Counted from the stretch's first letter, positions 12,760-26,445 are shown. The stretch is 64,000 nt of DNA from Batkoa obscura (GCA_030770535.1 JASVEC010000025.1:62001-126000); one strand, 5' to 3'. The notes: generated by a model from the sequence alone, not told the origin. Made by a program: numbers and translations.

Positions 12760-13668
12760 ATGAGTGAACTTAGACAACGTAAAGAAGAACATAGAAGAGA
12801 AATTGAAGTAACGAAGGAAGATTTAAACGCAAGTAGCACTACACCAAGGGAATTAATAAGAAGATTTTTTACTTGGCTTGGTTTTGTTTTGATATGTAAC
12901 GTTTTAGCTTCTTATTTAATTACTGAATCTTTTACTTGGGGTTATAAAAATAAGTATACTAACTGGAGGACTTATATTCCTGTAATATTTAATATAAAAT
13001 AGCGAAAATAATAATTAACGTATTAATAGAGAAAACAGATTACCTTCACTGGAAAAGAGCTAGCTAAATATGATGGTACAAACCCAGACCTACCTATTTA
13101 TATTGCCATAAAGTAAACTTTTATGAAAAAAATGCGATCCTTCTAAACTTTAATTTAATAGTGGTGAAGTTTATGATGTTACGAACGGAAAAATGTATTA
13201 TGGAAAGGTATTTTTATTTCTCTTTTTTATCTCTGCTTTTATTTAATTTAAAAGGGAGGAAGTTATCATTTCTTTTCTGGTAAAGACGCAGCTCGTGCTT
13301 ATGTTACTGGATGCTTCAAAACTCATCTTACTCATGATTTGAGAGGTTTGGATGAGCATGATATTGAGGTAATAATACATAATAATTATATGTGGTATAA
13401 AACATATCGTAATACTATAAAATTTTAAAAATATAATATTTTTTGGTGTCAATACTAATTAAATAATATTTTTTGGTGTTAATACTAATTAAATAATATT
13501 TAGGGAGTTAAGGATTGGCAAGAGTTTTATCGCAATCATGAAACTTATTATAAAATTGGTAATGTAATCCATGAGCCTATTGACCCCGATTCCCCTATTC
13601 CAGAAGACTGTAAAGTAGATGGTAAAAGAAAAGCATCAGAAACAGTACAAAATGCAAATAAAAAATGA
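12760..13668 (+). CDS. MAPR-family cytochrome b5-like heme/steroid-binding protein
   Basis: N-terminal TM helix, then spliced ELAKYDGTNPDLPIYIAI, GEVYDVT, GGSYHFFSGKDAARAYVTG. Confidence 0.9.
13433..13500 (+). repeat. 30-bp tandem duplication inside the last intron
   Basis: TTTTGGTGTYAATACTAATTAAATAATATT twice (13441-13470, 13471-13500). Confidence 0.9.
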
Positions 13669-13724
13669 ATCGATTTTTATTGAATAATAATAAATTATAT
13701 TTTATTATTAAATATGCATTTTAT

Positions 13725-14367
13725 TTATGCTCCTTTAAGTTTATACTTTGTGTTTTCCAATTTAATGATATCTCCTTTTAAACTGAATGCTATATAATCG
13801 ATACATAAACTAAGCAATCCTTTAAATAATGGAAGTAGAAACCAAAGCCAGGTCCAATGACCGTCTGAAATTGGAAACAAAAAATAGTTTATAGTACAAA
13901 GAAGACAAATAGATAATTTTATATATATGTATCTTTTTTCGATTTTATCAAATATTGTTGGTTTTGCATCTTCTGATTTAGTGGTATGTGTCCATATTAA
14001 ACTCCAGTTTAATGTATCGTCAATAATTATTATAAAATGAAGCGGATTCAATGAAAACTCAAAGAATGAGCTTTAAAAGGGTTAATATTATAACCAAAAT
14101 TATATTAATAATAAAATATTACATTATCGTTAGAATAGTAAATAGAGCAGAGACTATGATCTAAAGGAACTAATTAAAATGATTAATAATTAAAAATAGA
14201 ATTAAAATTACTTTAAACTCCCCATTCATCCTTTCGTCTTCCAGATTGTATTTCATAATTAGACGTTCCTGCTCTTCTTCATCTAACATCAACTCATTCT
14301 CTAAAATATCATCTGAGCTATTTTCATCTTCATTAAAAACTAAAGGATTCCTTTTTATCACTGGCAT
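13725..14367 (-). CDS. Hypothetical membrane protein (3 exons)
   Basis: Acidic N-terminus (LDEEEQE), several hydrophobic segments, ends YKLKGA; GT-AG introns join ORFs 14170-14460 and 13725-14051. Confidence 0.7.
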
Positions 14368-14434
14368 TTTTAAAAAACTATTTGAAAACTTAAAAAAATC
14401 TAATTTTATTCTTTTACTTTTCTCTTTTTTTAAA

Positions 14435-15249
14435 ATGCCAAAAGAAAGATCAAAAAACAATAAAAGTATGAAAAGTATTTAAAAAAACAACTAACAAATA
14501 TTAAAATTTTAGATTCTACAGGTAAAAGCTCAAACACAACAAACAAAAGAGAACCTCGACAATCTCGAAAGTCAGCTATTGAGATACCTGCTGAGTTACT
14601 TGAAGATGATACCAATGCTTCCAAAAGCAGCGCCAAAAGTCTCCAAAGTAGTTCCAAAGACTCAATTACAAAAAATGGAACCAAAACTTCCGGTCATAAT
14701 AAAGATAAGACCATATCAAAAAACCTATTATCAATGAAGGTAATAATAAACTATATAAAAAAATAACAAATAGAAACATTTTTAGTTTATGCAAAGAACA
14801 TTACAAGAGCAAGATAGACAGAGTTTAGACCAAATTGGTAATAGTAAAAATAAAGAAGCTAACTGGACAGTACGCTATAAGCATACTAGTGATGAGATGA
14901 GGTAAACGAATTATTATTAATAAATAAGTTAATTCTTATTAACTAAATGATAGTAAGTTTAAAGTTAGTTATGATACATCTTATCTTTCATACTCTAAGG
15001 GAGAGGAAGAAAGTAATACTGGTCGTCAATCTTTTGGTAATTTTAACCAAAAGATACAGGTAATCATTTATTTATTTATAAGAGAATTATATTTCCTTTT
15101 TTGTTTAATAAATCATTTAGGCCATTACTGAAGAGACTGAACGTAAGCTTAGAATGGAAAGGATTGAAAAGCTAGAGCTACAAAATAGTATAAGTAACGA
15201 AGAGATGGCTAATAGAATGAAAAATAATTTAAAAAGACCTTTTCATTAG
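14435..15249 (+). CDS. MPP6: M-phase phosphoprotein 6-like nuclear exosome cofactor
   Basis: Spliced product has SKNLLSMKFMQR and GRQSFGNFN, both MPP6-family motifs; 4 introns. Confidence 0.8.
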
Positions 15250-15526
15250 TTATATGATGATTACTTTGAAATGATTTTTTGTATGATTTTATAGGTTTTG
15301 CTAATATTATTAATTAACATTACTTTTGATTGTATATTTTTTCAAATAAAAATTAAGTGTTTTTGTCTATATTAATGGTTTTTAAAACCACATTTACTTT
15401 TGGATTTAATAAAAATAATTACCAAAATACTCCAGACCCATTTTAATTTTTTATTGAAAAATCATTTATCATTTTGAATCATAATAGGCCTTATACTTTC
15501 TTTGATCAAGATCCTTTGAAGTACAT

Positions 15527-15973
15527 TCAATTTTCTTCTTTAGTAGGTGGTGGCCCGCAAGGTTGAATCATTTTCTACAACTAAATAAATAAATGATACT
15601 AAATTATAAATGCTTCCTACCTCCAAACAATGAAATTTAATTCTGCCAATGGACTCGCCTTCAGCAATTGAAAAATAATGGGTTAATTGAGCATGACCAA
15701 TATAACTTGCATAAGAATCTCTATGTTGATTGAGCATCCATTCACTAGTAAAAGGATTATTTTTAAAACTTGTACTTGATTAATAATTACAATTTAGTAG
15801 TATCAGCATGTCCTGTTCCTACGTATTTGGATTGTACTATGCTATGTGGTTAGTTTAGTTAATTTAATTAATTATTATAGTTACAGTGCTCTAATTGAGA
15901 GTTTAAATTAAATCTATCCTAAATAATTAATGCTATTAGTACTCTCTATTAAATTTATAATCTAATTTACCAT
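15527..15973 (-). CDS. SF3B5: Splicing factor 3B subunit 5
   Basis: Spliced MDRFNLNSQLEHLQSKYVGTGHADTTKFEW...MIQPCGPPP; first coding exon is only ATG. Confidence 0.95.
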
Positions 15974-16094
15974 GATTAAAAAATAAAAATTAAACAAAGT
16001 TTTGCATTTTATTAAATAGTGCAGTTTTGTTTAGAAATAAAAAACATGATACAATAAATAAAAAGCATTATATAAAAACGATCGTTAAATTTAT

Positions 16095-16707
16095 TTATTC
16101 CAAATTTTTAATATCATTAATAGCGTCTACATTAGCTGTCATTTTGAATTTCTTCTCAGGTTCTTTCTTTTCAACCATTTCATCTTTATTTTTTCCAGCT
16201 AAATTCCCTTTCCTCTTCAACCTTTTAGCTCTTTTTTTAGCCGTTTTTTCTTCTTCTTGCTTTCGGATATTTTCTATTTGTTTCTGATATGCCTCCCTTT
16301 CTTTTTCCTATTAAATAAATTAATACACATTTAAACCTCTATTTTTAATTTTATTTACATTCCTAGCTTCTGCTTCCATTGTAGCTAATCGACTATACTC
16401 TCGCCTCCTCTGTGCACGATAAACATGGAACTCTCCACTACCTGCCCCAGCACTTGAACCTATTTATTTGTTAACAATAATATTTCGAAATAGTGACTTT
16501 CCACTTACCTTGTACATTTGGGTTAATTTCTGGTACATTACTAAATGGGTCTAGTTTATTTCTAGTACCATTCAAAGGTAAGTTGAGCTCTACATCTTTA
16601 TGTTTCATCAACTTTTCAATCTTAATCTTTTGTTTTTCTTGTTCAGTATATATATGATATCCTTTTTTTTCAGGCTTACTCTCGTCTTTTTGCTCTTTTT
16701 CACTCAT
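16095..16707 (-). CDS. PRKRIP1: PRKR-interacting protein 1 (DUF1168)
   Basis: [28 protein letters not shown] signature and TAKKRAKR; 2 introns. Confidence 0.92.
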
Positions 16708-16799
16708 TTTTCAAATAAAATTATAAAATAAAATTGGGTGTCATTTTTTAAATTTTACTTTTTATTTGCTCACTTTATTAATTTTAATTAAAAATTTGA

Positions 16800-17570
16800 A
16801 TGTTAAAACAATTCAGTTTGACACGAATTAATACATTAAAGCAGAGGTTGATTACACTACAAAGGTCGACTTTATTACAAAAGCAACTGGTGAATACCTC
16901 CGCATCATTCTCAACCCGACCAAAAAGAGCTCCTCTTAAACTCACTTTAACACTTTTAGCATCCACTTTACTAGCTGGCGTAACCTACCAATATTATAAA
17001 ACCATAAATGAAAAGAAAAAATTAGACAAGATATCTTATGAAATAGATGATTTACAAATTGTAAACCAACTAGAGTCTGGCAACCTAGGACCTTATAAAA
17101 AGATCGAAACTTTATTTTCCAGCGAAGCGGATAAGAGCATGGCAAAAGAGTCCAACTTGACCCAAACCACCTACCGTTCACCAGATAAAATTCCTTTCCC
17201 ACCAAGGATTTACTATAATAACCAAGAAGGGCAAAGTTATGAGGTCCATTTTGCAGGTAGCTCGTTGGGAGATGGTAGTGGTAACATTCATGAAGGTGTT
17301 ATTTCTTCTTTATTGGACGAAGCATTTGCTAGGGTAGCTTTTCAAAAGTTCCATACGCATTATCTATTTACGGCTAATTTAAGTATCGAATTTGTGGATA
17401 AGCTGAAAGTGGATTCTTTCTTTTTAATCCATTGTCAGTTGGTTGTTAATGATAAAAATTATAAAGCAGAAATTCGAGCAGAAGTTAGAGAGATTGATAG
17501 TGATAAGGTTATTGCTGATGCTACTGGTTTGTTTTTGGTTCCTAAAGATAAGAGACATTTAATTAAATAA
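16800..17570 (+). CDS. Mitochondrial hot-dog-fold thioesterase (Fmp10/THEM4-like)
   Basis: Basic presequence, TM helix, IHEGVISSLLDE and TANLSIEF motifs. Confidence 0.82.
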   Translation: MLKQFSLTRINTLKQRLITLQRSTLLQKQLVNTSASFSTRPKRAPLKLTLTLLASTLLAGVTYQYYKTINEKKKLDKISYEIDDLQIVNQLESGNLGPYKKIETLFSSEADKSMAKESNLTQTTYRSPDKIPFPPRIYYNNQEGQSYEVHFAGSSLGDGSGNIHEGVISSLLDEAFARVAFQKFHTHYLFTANLSIEFVDKLKVDSFFLIHCQLVVNDKNYKAEIRAEVREIDSDKVIADATGLFLVPKDKRHLIK

Positions 17571-17714
17571 GTTTACAGTTTAAAAGTTCTTATTATAAAA
17601 TAATTTAAAATAATAAACAATAAATAAACTAAAAATCTATGTTTGTTTAAATATTCTTTATATAATATATCATGAATATGTATTATTAGGTCCGTTTAAA
17701 GGTAAATTATTTAA

Positions 17715-18734
17715 TTAGATTATTTGAAGCTAATAAAAAATATCAGTGAGACATTAGGTTAAAAATAGAAATATCTTACATAATTGCTTGGTACAATACC
17801 AGTTTTACCATCCTTAGAACGTGCTTGCCACCATTTTCCTTCTTTGTCTGCAATTTCTAATTCCTCTCCTTTAGCAAACGAGAGTTCATTAGAATCTTGG
17901 CTTACATCTATTAATGGTTAATTTTTTTAAACTTAACATATTGTAAAATTAATTTTACAGGCATAAGCTGCTTTAGCGCGATATTGATAATTAAGGGTAT
18001 CAGTACCACCTAACATGGTGCCGCCTAACACAGTACCACCGAATGGGTTGCCTGAGCTAGTACCAACAATATTACTAAAGCTATCAGGTCTAGCAGGATT
18101 ACTATGTTTTGAGTTATCGCTAAAGTTCCCAGCTTCATTACTTTGACTTGAATTTTGCTTTTCAACACTTTTATTAATATCCTCTTCAATGTCTTCTTCT
18201 GGACTTTTACCTAAGGCTATAAGAGTGATAAACTTGAACACCAATTTAATTGAAGTAAATTATGTTGAATTTATTAATTACCAAAGATATAACTAATAGC
18301 CCAAAACCAGCATAGGGTACCGTTGCTTTTATTTTAAGACTACTCTTTTCAATCTCATTCAGATTTTGGAAGGCTAACACACAAAATACCAAACCAATGG
18401 AAAGGTAAGCGATGAGCTATAAAATAGATTATCGTTAATGTTAACTATCAATTATAAATAATAACACTAATAACCTACGGATAAATGATAATTTTTAAGA
18501 GAGTTTGTAAACAAAATAATCAAAGTATAAATCAATACAAATAACACATAGATTAAACAAAACCAACATAATGCTGATTCTGTTTTTATTGATATTAAAC
18601 CTCCCAATGCAATTACCCAACTGATCTATAATGCTTTATTAATTTGAACTGTGACTAGTGAGCTGTTGTTTTACCGTATATAAAGCAGAAAGTATTAATT
18701 TTAATGGACTTTTAAATAGTGTCTCAAGGCTCAT
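17715..18734 (-). CDS. SHO1: Sho1-like osmosensor (4 TM plus C-terminal SH3)
   Basis: Four hydrophobic segments across exons; SH3 YRAKAAY...ELSFAKGE...GKWWQAR...GIVPSNY. Confidence 0.88.
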
Positions 18735-19016
18735 TTTTTGATATATTAATTTAAGATTAATTAAATTGAAAAGAATAAAAAAATTCAACTTAATTTTTTA
18801 ATTAATTAAATTTTTAATGTTCTACTATTTTTAATATAAAGAACAATAGAGGTTGCCCTTAAATTTTGCAATCAAATCAAGCTTATCCTTTATTTTTTAA
18901 TTAACACTAGTTTAAATAGTAACCCACTTCGAAATTTTAAAAATGAAATAAATTATGAAATTACTTTATTATACTATTATGTTATATTTTATAAACTATT
19001 TTTATTATCTGCTATT

Positions 19017-20055
19017 TTATAATAAACCAAAACTAGTAACACACTCATATTTTTTTAAAGTATCATCACTTAATGGATAATTCTGTGGGCGAATTAATAA
19101 CTTAACTTTCATTCCAGCTTCAAGGGCAGCGTCAAGTTCTTGGGTGATTATTGAAATTAGTAAAATAAAACTAAAAAGTCAATAGCTTACCCAATGGATT
19201 ATCACTTAAAAACAAGATAGCCGAAGGATCTTTTTCAAGTCCAAGTTTTTTAGCAATCTTAAGATAAGATTCTTTAATTACTTTTGAACCTGCTGTTACG
19301 GTATCAAAGTGACCATCAATAAACTAAAAATAAACCTAAGTTTCAAATAAAATTAAAATATTTACTTTTAGCATATCCCCTTCTTCAGTATATTTAAATA
19401 ATAATTTCTGAGCTTCAATACTACCAGAAGAGTAAATATAAATAGGCACTTGTTCTTTTACCCATCTCTCAAACGCCTGTTTAACATCTGGGAAACAACT
19501 ATTTATTAATTTTTTGTTTTTTTTTAAACATCAGTGATTCATTTACTATCCCTTAATTTCTCCACTTTCATATCCTTCTCTCCAAATAAAACCCTGTAAA
19601 TTTTTTAATGCAGCCTGTTTACGATCAATGGACATCTGCCACTCTATGTTTTTAAGGATTGAATTTCTACTTTTTCTAAAATAATATAAGTTTAATTCAA
19701 TCTATCATTATTAAAGTTACTCCACATCTTGCTCCAAATCTGGTATCAATATCGCCCCTTCTACTTTATATTCAACATCTTTGATTGACTTTTTATTTAG
19801 TTTGTAAATGTTTTTATAACTTTAAATTTTACGCTTACTTGCAGTTGTAGTTCTTGGAGATACTTTTTGAATTCAGAATTGTCCCATAATTCAATCAATG
19901 CTGAAGGTAATTTATTTTTAAAATAAGGAAATAAATTTTCTTTCACAAACGGAATTGGAGTTGTGGTCCCTTCAATGTCGGTTAGAATTATTTTGGCTAA
20001 AATTGATTAAGATATTCTATGTATCATTATTATTGTAGTTTTTACTTTTATCCAT
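19017..20055 (-). CDS. UTR4: Enolase-phosphatase E1 (methionine salvage, HAD family)
   Basis: Spliced ILTDIEGTTTPIPFVKENLFPY, LQGFIWREGYESG, IYIYSSGSIEAQKLLF, FLSDN. Confidence 0.94.
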
Positions 20056-20446
20056 TTTAGTTATTAAAGATTATTTTTATTTTTTTAATTGATTTTATTT
20101 TTGTACTTTATTCGTAATACTTTAGCAGTTGTTTTAATTTGCTAAAACTTGACTTTAAAAATTACTGCTTTAAAAATCATTGATCAATGTAACTTTTAAC
20201 CTACCAGTCTAAAGCTACATTATCAAAAATGTTAAAGTATAATATTTGACACTTGCAAGCTATTGACTTACCTTATTAAAAGTTAGTCCAGTATTTGCTC
20301 ATATTTGAATCCACTAAAAATAAATGCAGTAGTTTGTCTAATAGTAGTTTAGCTTTGACTTTCTTGTGTTAAGCTTTCTGAAAATTGAAAGGATAAAATT
20401 AATACAATCATTTTGAATTCTTCCTTTAACTTAATTGAATTTTAAT

Positions 20447-21640
20447 ATGCCATATCAATTCGAACAGCAACCAGATATCCTTTTAGAACATTGTTTGAAT
20501 TTTCAAAGCTGGATGAACTACTTGAGTACCACTTTTTAAGTGAACATTCATTTGATATTACAAGTAGGACTCTCAAATATAATTTAATTTACTCAACATA
20601 TAATGAAAGAGAATTCGAGAAATACCAATATTATCAAGAAAAATTCATTAAAGAGAGCAGGATATTGACGAAACATATAAATCTATATGATAGTAACATT
20701 GAATATTTGGAATATTGTCCGAACTTAAAATCTATATATTATGAAAGAGAAGAAGGCTTTGATAGCAATAATATGATTAAATTAAACCTAATTTACCAAT
20801 CTTAGAAAAATTAGCTATAAATTCATGCAAACATACACAGTTATTAAACATATTCAAGAAATATTTAAATCAACTAGAGGCTTTCGAATATGAAGAACAA
20901 TATAATAATTAATGATTTTATTAATTACTTCAACTCAGACATTTTAAGATCATTGAGATTAGATTCTAAATGCAATTTATATTGCAATAAATTAGATGTT
21001 ATTAGCCCGAAGTTCAATATTTTAAAAGTGTTACATTTAACATCATAATTTATTAATACTACCATTGAGTCTAATCCAAATACGAATTTTATATCAGGTC
21101 TAAGATTAAAAATTAAAGGCTGTTATTTTGTTTCAAATATCGAGTATTTCGGTAACCCTAGTACACTGGAAAGTATAAAATTAATAGATGATTCATGGGC
21201 TTATTTTGATCTTGGCTATAAAGAAAATAGCATGAGATTGATTGAAGATATCAGTGTTATTGTGTCAGGTTATTTTAATTTATGTTTTCAAATTGATTAT
21301 GATTTTTTAAATTATCGTCTTTAAAGCATTTAAATTTTTAGCCTATCCAAGAAATTGTTATACGCTACTTCTTTTTTACCAGACATTTAAAATACTGATA
21401 TTATTCCTTTAAATTCCAATATCAATATCTTTCAACCTCTTATTCCTATTTCCAAGTCTTGAAGTGCTTCAAGTTTAAGACATTGACTAATAGGCCTAAA
21501 TCCAGGTGAAAATATCAACCTTACACCTACTACCCCTTTACTGCTTATTATCCCAATTAAGTATATGAAATCGAGCTTTTACAGTCAGCTAAGAGAGATT
21601 CTATTTATAAATTGGATGTGGCTATAAAAAGTTAAAACTA
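20447..21640 (+). pseudogene. Decayed F-box/LRR(RNI)-like gene
   Basis: Fragmented frames with LRR-like segments (LEYCPNLKSI, LEKLAI, LRSLRL, LESIKL) broken by stops and frameshifts that are not intron-like. Confidence 0.5.
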
Positions 21641-24566
21641 CGTTTGCTATTCCTATTTCTATTATTATTATGGTTATTATCATTATTATTTTTATTTTTA
21701 TTAACATTTTGTTCTTGTCTCTTATAATTGACTTTTAAAAAATATTTGTTTGATATGCTACCTGTTAATTTTATTTATATAGCATATTTTACTATATAAA
21801 CTATAGCTCTTATATAATTTTGTTTATATTACAATTAATGATGTTTATTTAATTTTATATTTTAAAAAGATGACGTTTCAGTTTAAAAGTGGCTTTTTAT
21901 TTTTCAAAAAGAATAGGTAAAAAATAGGTTAATCTTCTTTTATTCACTTATTCAACTATCAAATAAACAATTTAAATAAATCCACTAAACTTTAAATAAA
22001 TGACATCCAAGGATTTTACACAAAAAGTTAATGAAGTCATGGACATATAAATATTGAAGGAATAAATGATACAATAATCATTAGTAAAAATAAAGAAGTT
22101 AAAGATATTTAGACTTAGTGTTTAAATTTGTTGAGTGTATTAAGTTTGTATAGGTAACTATTAAATGCGAATAAATGGTATTTAAAAAAGATAGGTTTGG
22201 TAAAACTACCTTGTAGCTTTGGACTGAGACTTAAACGCTTTTCTTAGATATTATTAACTGTCTTTAGATCCAAGCTATAGACTACTGTAATATATTAAAT
22301 AGAGGTTGCAAACTAGGCTTTTATTTGATATAAACCTTGACTAATTTCAATTCTTACTAAGCTTAGTCAACTTGAAGGATGTTTAAATTTTTATAACCAA
22401 CTTTACAACGAAGATAAAACAATAGCAAGTTAATTCTAGTATTTAACTTTATCTTTTTAATAAATTGGAATTTACTTTAAAAAAAGCTATAGTATAGCTA
22501 TGGATATTAAAACTTCAAATAGAAAGGTAATATCTTCTTTTTTAATTTCCTTAACAATCAATAAGTTTAGATGGGTGATCCTACAAAAGGGTTTTCTCAT
22601 GATAGAGAAAGAATTTCAGATATGAGAACAAGTTAATTAGATTTACAAATTATACTAAAAATTAGATAATTAGGAACAAACTAAAGTTAATATTAAATCT
22701 AGATAGATATTTATACTTGGATAAGATCTCAACTACACATCAAATAATTAATAGCTCTAGTTACTATAGCGAAATGTTACTATACTTAAAGTGATAAGAT
22801 GCAACTTTTTATTATATTCACATTTTATTAGTACCAGGACGAAAAGTTTTAAAGGGGATGGCACAAGCTATAATTGAAAAAGAAACAAAAAACCGGTTAA
22901 TAACCCTATTGAGTCAGTAAATATAGTTTTTAAAGCTTGTCCTCAACATCCTAGATCCAGTAATTAAATATTTATGACAGTAGTTTATTATTTCCAGTAG
23001 CATGTACATTACAAAGGTAATTAATTAATACAATTATTGAATTTTAGTACAGCTTACGTGAGACTATTTACATAGCTTAAGAATTTATACTAATAACGAA
23101 GTAATGATAGTTTTAGTAAAAATAATATTCATATTGATTAGATGGCAGTTAAGTGAACTTAATAGGGGTTTAAAGGGTAGCAATAATCTTATCAAAACCG
23201 GGAACAAAGTTAGTGATAGTAAGTTTTGGCCCCTTTAAAAACTGACTAGTAAAAGACTATTTATTACTAAATTAATCCAAGTCAATATAAAGCAGTCAAC
23301 TTTTTTGAAAACAAAATGATGGCTATATTAAAGAGTTTCTAATAAAAAAAATTGAGCCATTAATGTAATTTGGCCCTTTATTAGACGATCAAAAGGAGCA
23401 TAAGCAATAAATGGCTTTGGTCTCATAAAGAAAGGTATTGATGATAAATCTAAGTTTAAAACAAGTGTATTAAAATCAAGTCTCCTTACATGAAGGTAAA
23501 GTAAATAAACTGAGATGAGTTTTAGAGCTAGATCGCAAAGTTGAGGTACGCTACTCAATCTGAATATCTTTTTATTGTGTTATAAGTTAAAGTAAAATAG
23601 TTTCTTATGAAAATAGACTGCATATAAACGGTTTTGGCTAAAAGTCAGTTATATAGCGTAATACTGTAGGTGTCCAAAGTTGGTTATTGTCTAATGACAA
23701 AGTCATTTTAGATAAATAAACTGTTATATTTTAATTGAGCTTTTCCAACATCTTATACTTGAAATTTTGCTAGGATATGAGCTTACTAATAGTTAAATAT
23801 AATATATTTAAGTATAAAGACGTAATTGATAGTGCTGAAACTACGTGAATTTTCATTATTATAAAAGGATATATGTAGGTTTATTTTATAAGCTGAGGTA
23901 AAATCAGATTATGATGTTAAGATTTCGTATTTTTAGTCAAATAGTAGTCTAATTGTAAAACTTTGTAATAAACAAAAAGATTGATTTTTTTCTACTAACT
24001 TAATTTTTTAAACTCAATCTATTTTTTTCAAAACAGTCATTAATTTGAGTTTAAACCAAATATTCAAATCCTTGTTGAACTTAATAAGCTTGTAGTAATG
24101 TTTTTTGATTTATTAGTTACTTAATAATATTTCTTTAATTTTAGGCTAAATGAAAATGAACAAAATGCTTAAACAAGACATTCTTATAGGTTTCGAAAAA
24201 CTTAAAGCTAGTCAAACTATAAAATTTTATTCCTAATGTCAAAATAAGTTGTAAAACCTTTTAAATGATGGTTTATATTATACTAGAACACACTACATTT
24301 ATTATAAATATAATTAATCTAAGTAAAGAGGCTTTAAGAATTAGCCTATTATATCATACTTTACGGCTATAACCTTCAATTCTATTTGCTTGGCCTAAAA
24401 TCAAAAAAAAGTTGACCAAAAATATCAAATAAACTCAAAAAAAGACATGATGACTTCATTAATGTTCTAAGTAAAGGGAACAACCAGTTTTTAAACTAAG
24501 GGATATAAAAATAGAATCTTATTTAAACAAGATAAAAAAGAAGTTTATTTTTAATAGTTGAAGCAG

Positions 24567-25008
24567 ATGGAGGAAGCAAGGATTAGATTTTTATTGTTAA
24601 ATGGAGCTAAAGTGGAATATAGTTTTAATAATCAAGTGACTATTCATCAGGTTAAACAAAAGTTGATCGAGGATTGGCCTGGAGGTAAATTTAATTCATT
24701 TATTTTTTCATTTATCTTAAATTTAACTTGAAGAATGGATGAACGATAAGCCGATTTCTATTTTAGCATTGCGTTTGCTGTATCTTGGTAAAATATTGGA
24801 GGATTTTAAGACATTAAAAGGTAAATTTAAATTCGAATCATATTATTTAAGCCATTTATAACACAATTAAATAGAATATAAGATACTAAATGGAGAAGTT
24901 AGCACATTTCATTTAACTATATTAGATAGTCAACAGATAGAAAATAATAGTATTAAATCAAAATCAAAAAAATCAAAATTGAATTGCTTTCCGTGTTTAT
25001 GCTTGTAA
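24567..25008 (+). CDS. UBL3/MUB-like membrane-anchored ubiquitin-fold protein
   Basis: Spliced MEEARIRFLLLNG...VKQKLIEDWP...LRLLYLGKILED...FHL, basic tail ending CFPCLCL (CaaX-like); 2 introns; absent from the ORF track. Confidence 0.85.
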
Positions 25009-25869
25009 ATTTTCAACTATTGTATAATATTATTTAATAAATCATATTTTTTTCAAACCTTGATTCGCTTCTTCTAACCCTTAGTTGATACTGATCAATT
25101 TATATTTTATATTTTACATTTAATTATCAATTGTTATTTATCTAATATTGGATTATTAGCTTCGAATTTTTATAGATTTCTATTTTATTTCAGGTCAGCG
25201 TTATGATTTATTTTAAGGTGTCCTATATATTAAAATAATTATTAAATATGTATTACTTTTGATATACTCTAAAGCCAATAACTATATTTACTATAGTTAA
25301 GTATATTTAATAGTGACTACTTTTCACGTAATCCTTTTTTTACTCATTTCAATTATAAGGGGTGGATTTAGATTTTGATAAGATAATTATTATTCTTAAA
25401 ATAAAAACGTACTCCTTTTACAAGTAGTGCATAGTTTATACTAAGGTAGGCTATATACTGAGTTTAATTATCTATGAGTACTAATCGTTGATGTGGTGTG
25501 GCACTTTAGCTCTACTAACTTTATACTATTCCCTTAATCCTAATTAATTATTTTAATTCACTGGTGGTATCCTTAATGTATCAGTTCAGTAACAGATGAT
25601 TTAAATGAAACGCACTATTTCTTCTGCTAAGGAAGGGGAAAAAATGAATTCTTTATTTGAAACATTGTAATCAAAATAAAAGTAATTGCTATTTTACATA
25701 AATCGCTTTGTAATTACTTAATGTATAAAGTTAAATTACCTTTAAACCTGCCTTAATTTAGAATGTTACTTTACTAATTTACAAAGGAATGAACTTGCTT
25801 TATTTCAATAAAAAGGCAACAGTAAAAATTCTAATTATTTATTACATACATAGCGAATTAGTCCTTAAT

Positions 25870-26251
25870 TTACTCGGTGGAAGCCTTTTTAATGAAAGCA
25901 ACAAGATCAGCACGATCTTTGGCCTTCTTTAATCCAGCGAATACCATCTTGGTACCTGGAATATATTTCTTTGGGTTCTCAAGGTAGTCAAAGAGACTCT
26001 TTTCATCCCAAGTTACACCAGCATTTTTGTTGGCTTCAGTGTAACTGTAGTTTTCGGCTTGACCAGAGCTACGGTTGAATACACCATAAAGATTTGGACC
26101 TTGACCATGTTTGCCACCTTTGTTGATGGTGTGACATTGGGCACAACGAGATTGGAAGAGCTTGGCTCCTTTAGTAGCATCACCTATAATAGTTGATCAA
26201 TATAAATAATTACAAGTATAATAATAGTAATTTACCTGAAGTAGCAGACAT
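25870..26251 (-). CDS. CYC1: Cytochrome c
   Basis: CAQCH heme motif, [22 protein letters not shown]; one intron after MSATS. Confidence 0.98.
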
Positions 26252-26346
26252 TTTAATTATGAATAGATCTAATAGATTGATAAAGATTAATCAATTTTTT
26301 GAGATCTCATTTTTATATCATTTCAAACCGAAATTTGAGCAAAACC

Positions 26347-26445
26347 CCAATCTTTTGGTTTGGACTTAGTAACCAATCAAAATTCACACAACCGCTTTAA
26401 ATTTAGCCAATTATTATCGCGGATGATTCCTGTACTTCTTATTGG
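26347..26445 (-). promoter_or_regulatory. CCAAT-box cluster upstream of cytochrome c (HAP/NF-Y sites)
   Basis: CCAAT at 26347, 26373 and 26407; ATTGG at 26441. Confidence 0.55.

Noticed and set aside
14435..16707. Adjacent RNA-processing genes MPP6, SF3B5 and PRKRIP1 as a functional cluster
   Set aside because: No shared regulatory motif seen; adjacency is plausible by chance without synteny data.
25530..25576. U12-type splice signals (GTATCCTT and a TCCCTTAAT branch-like motif)
   Set aside because: Wrong order and not within any gene model; all modelled introns fit ordinary GT-AG.
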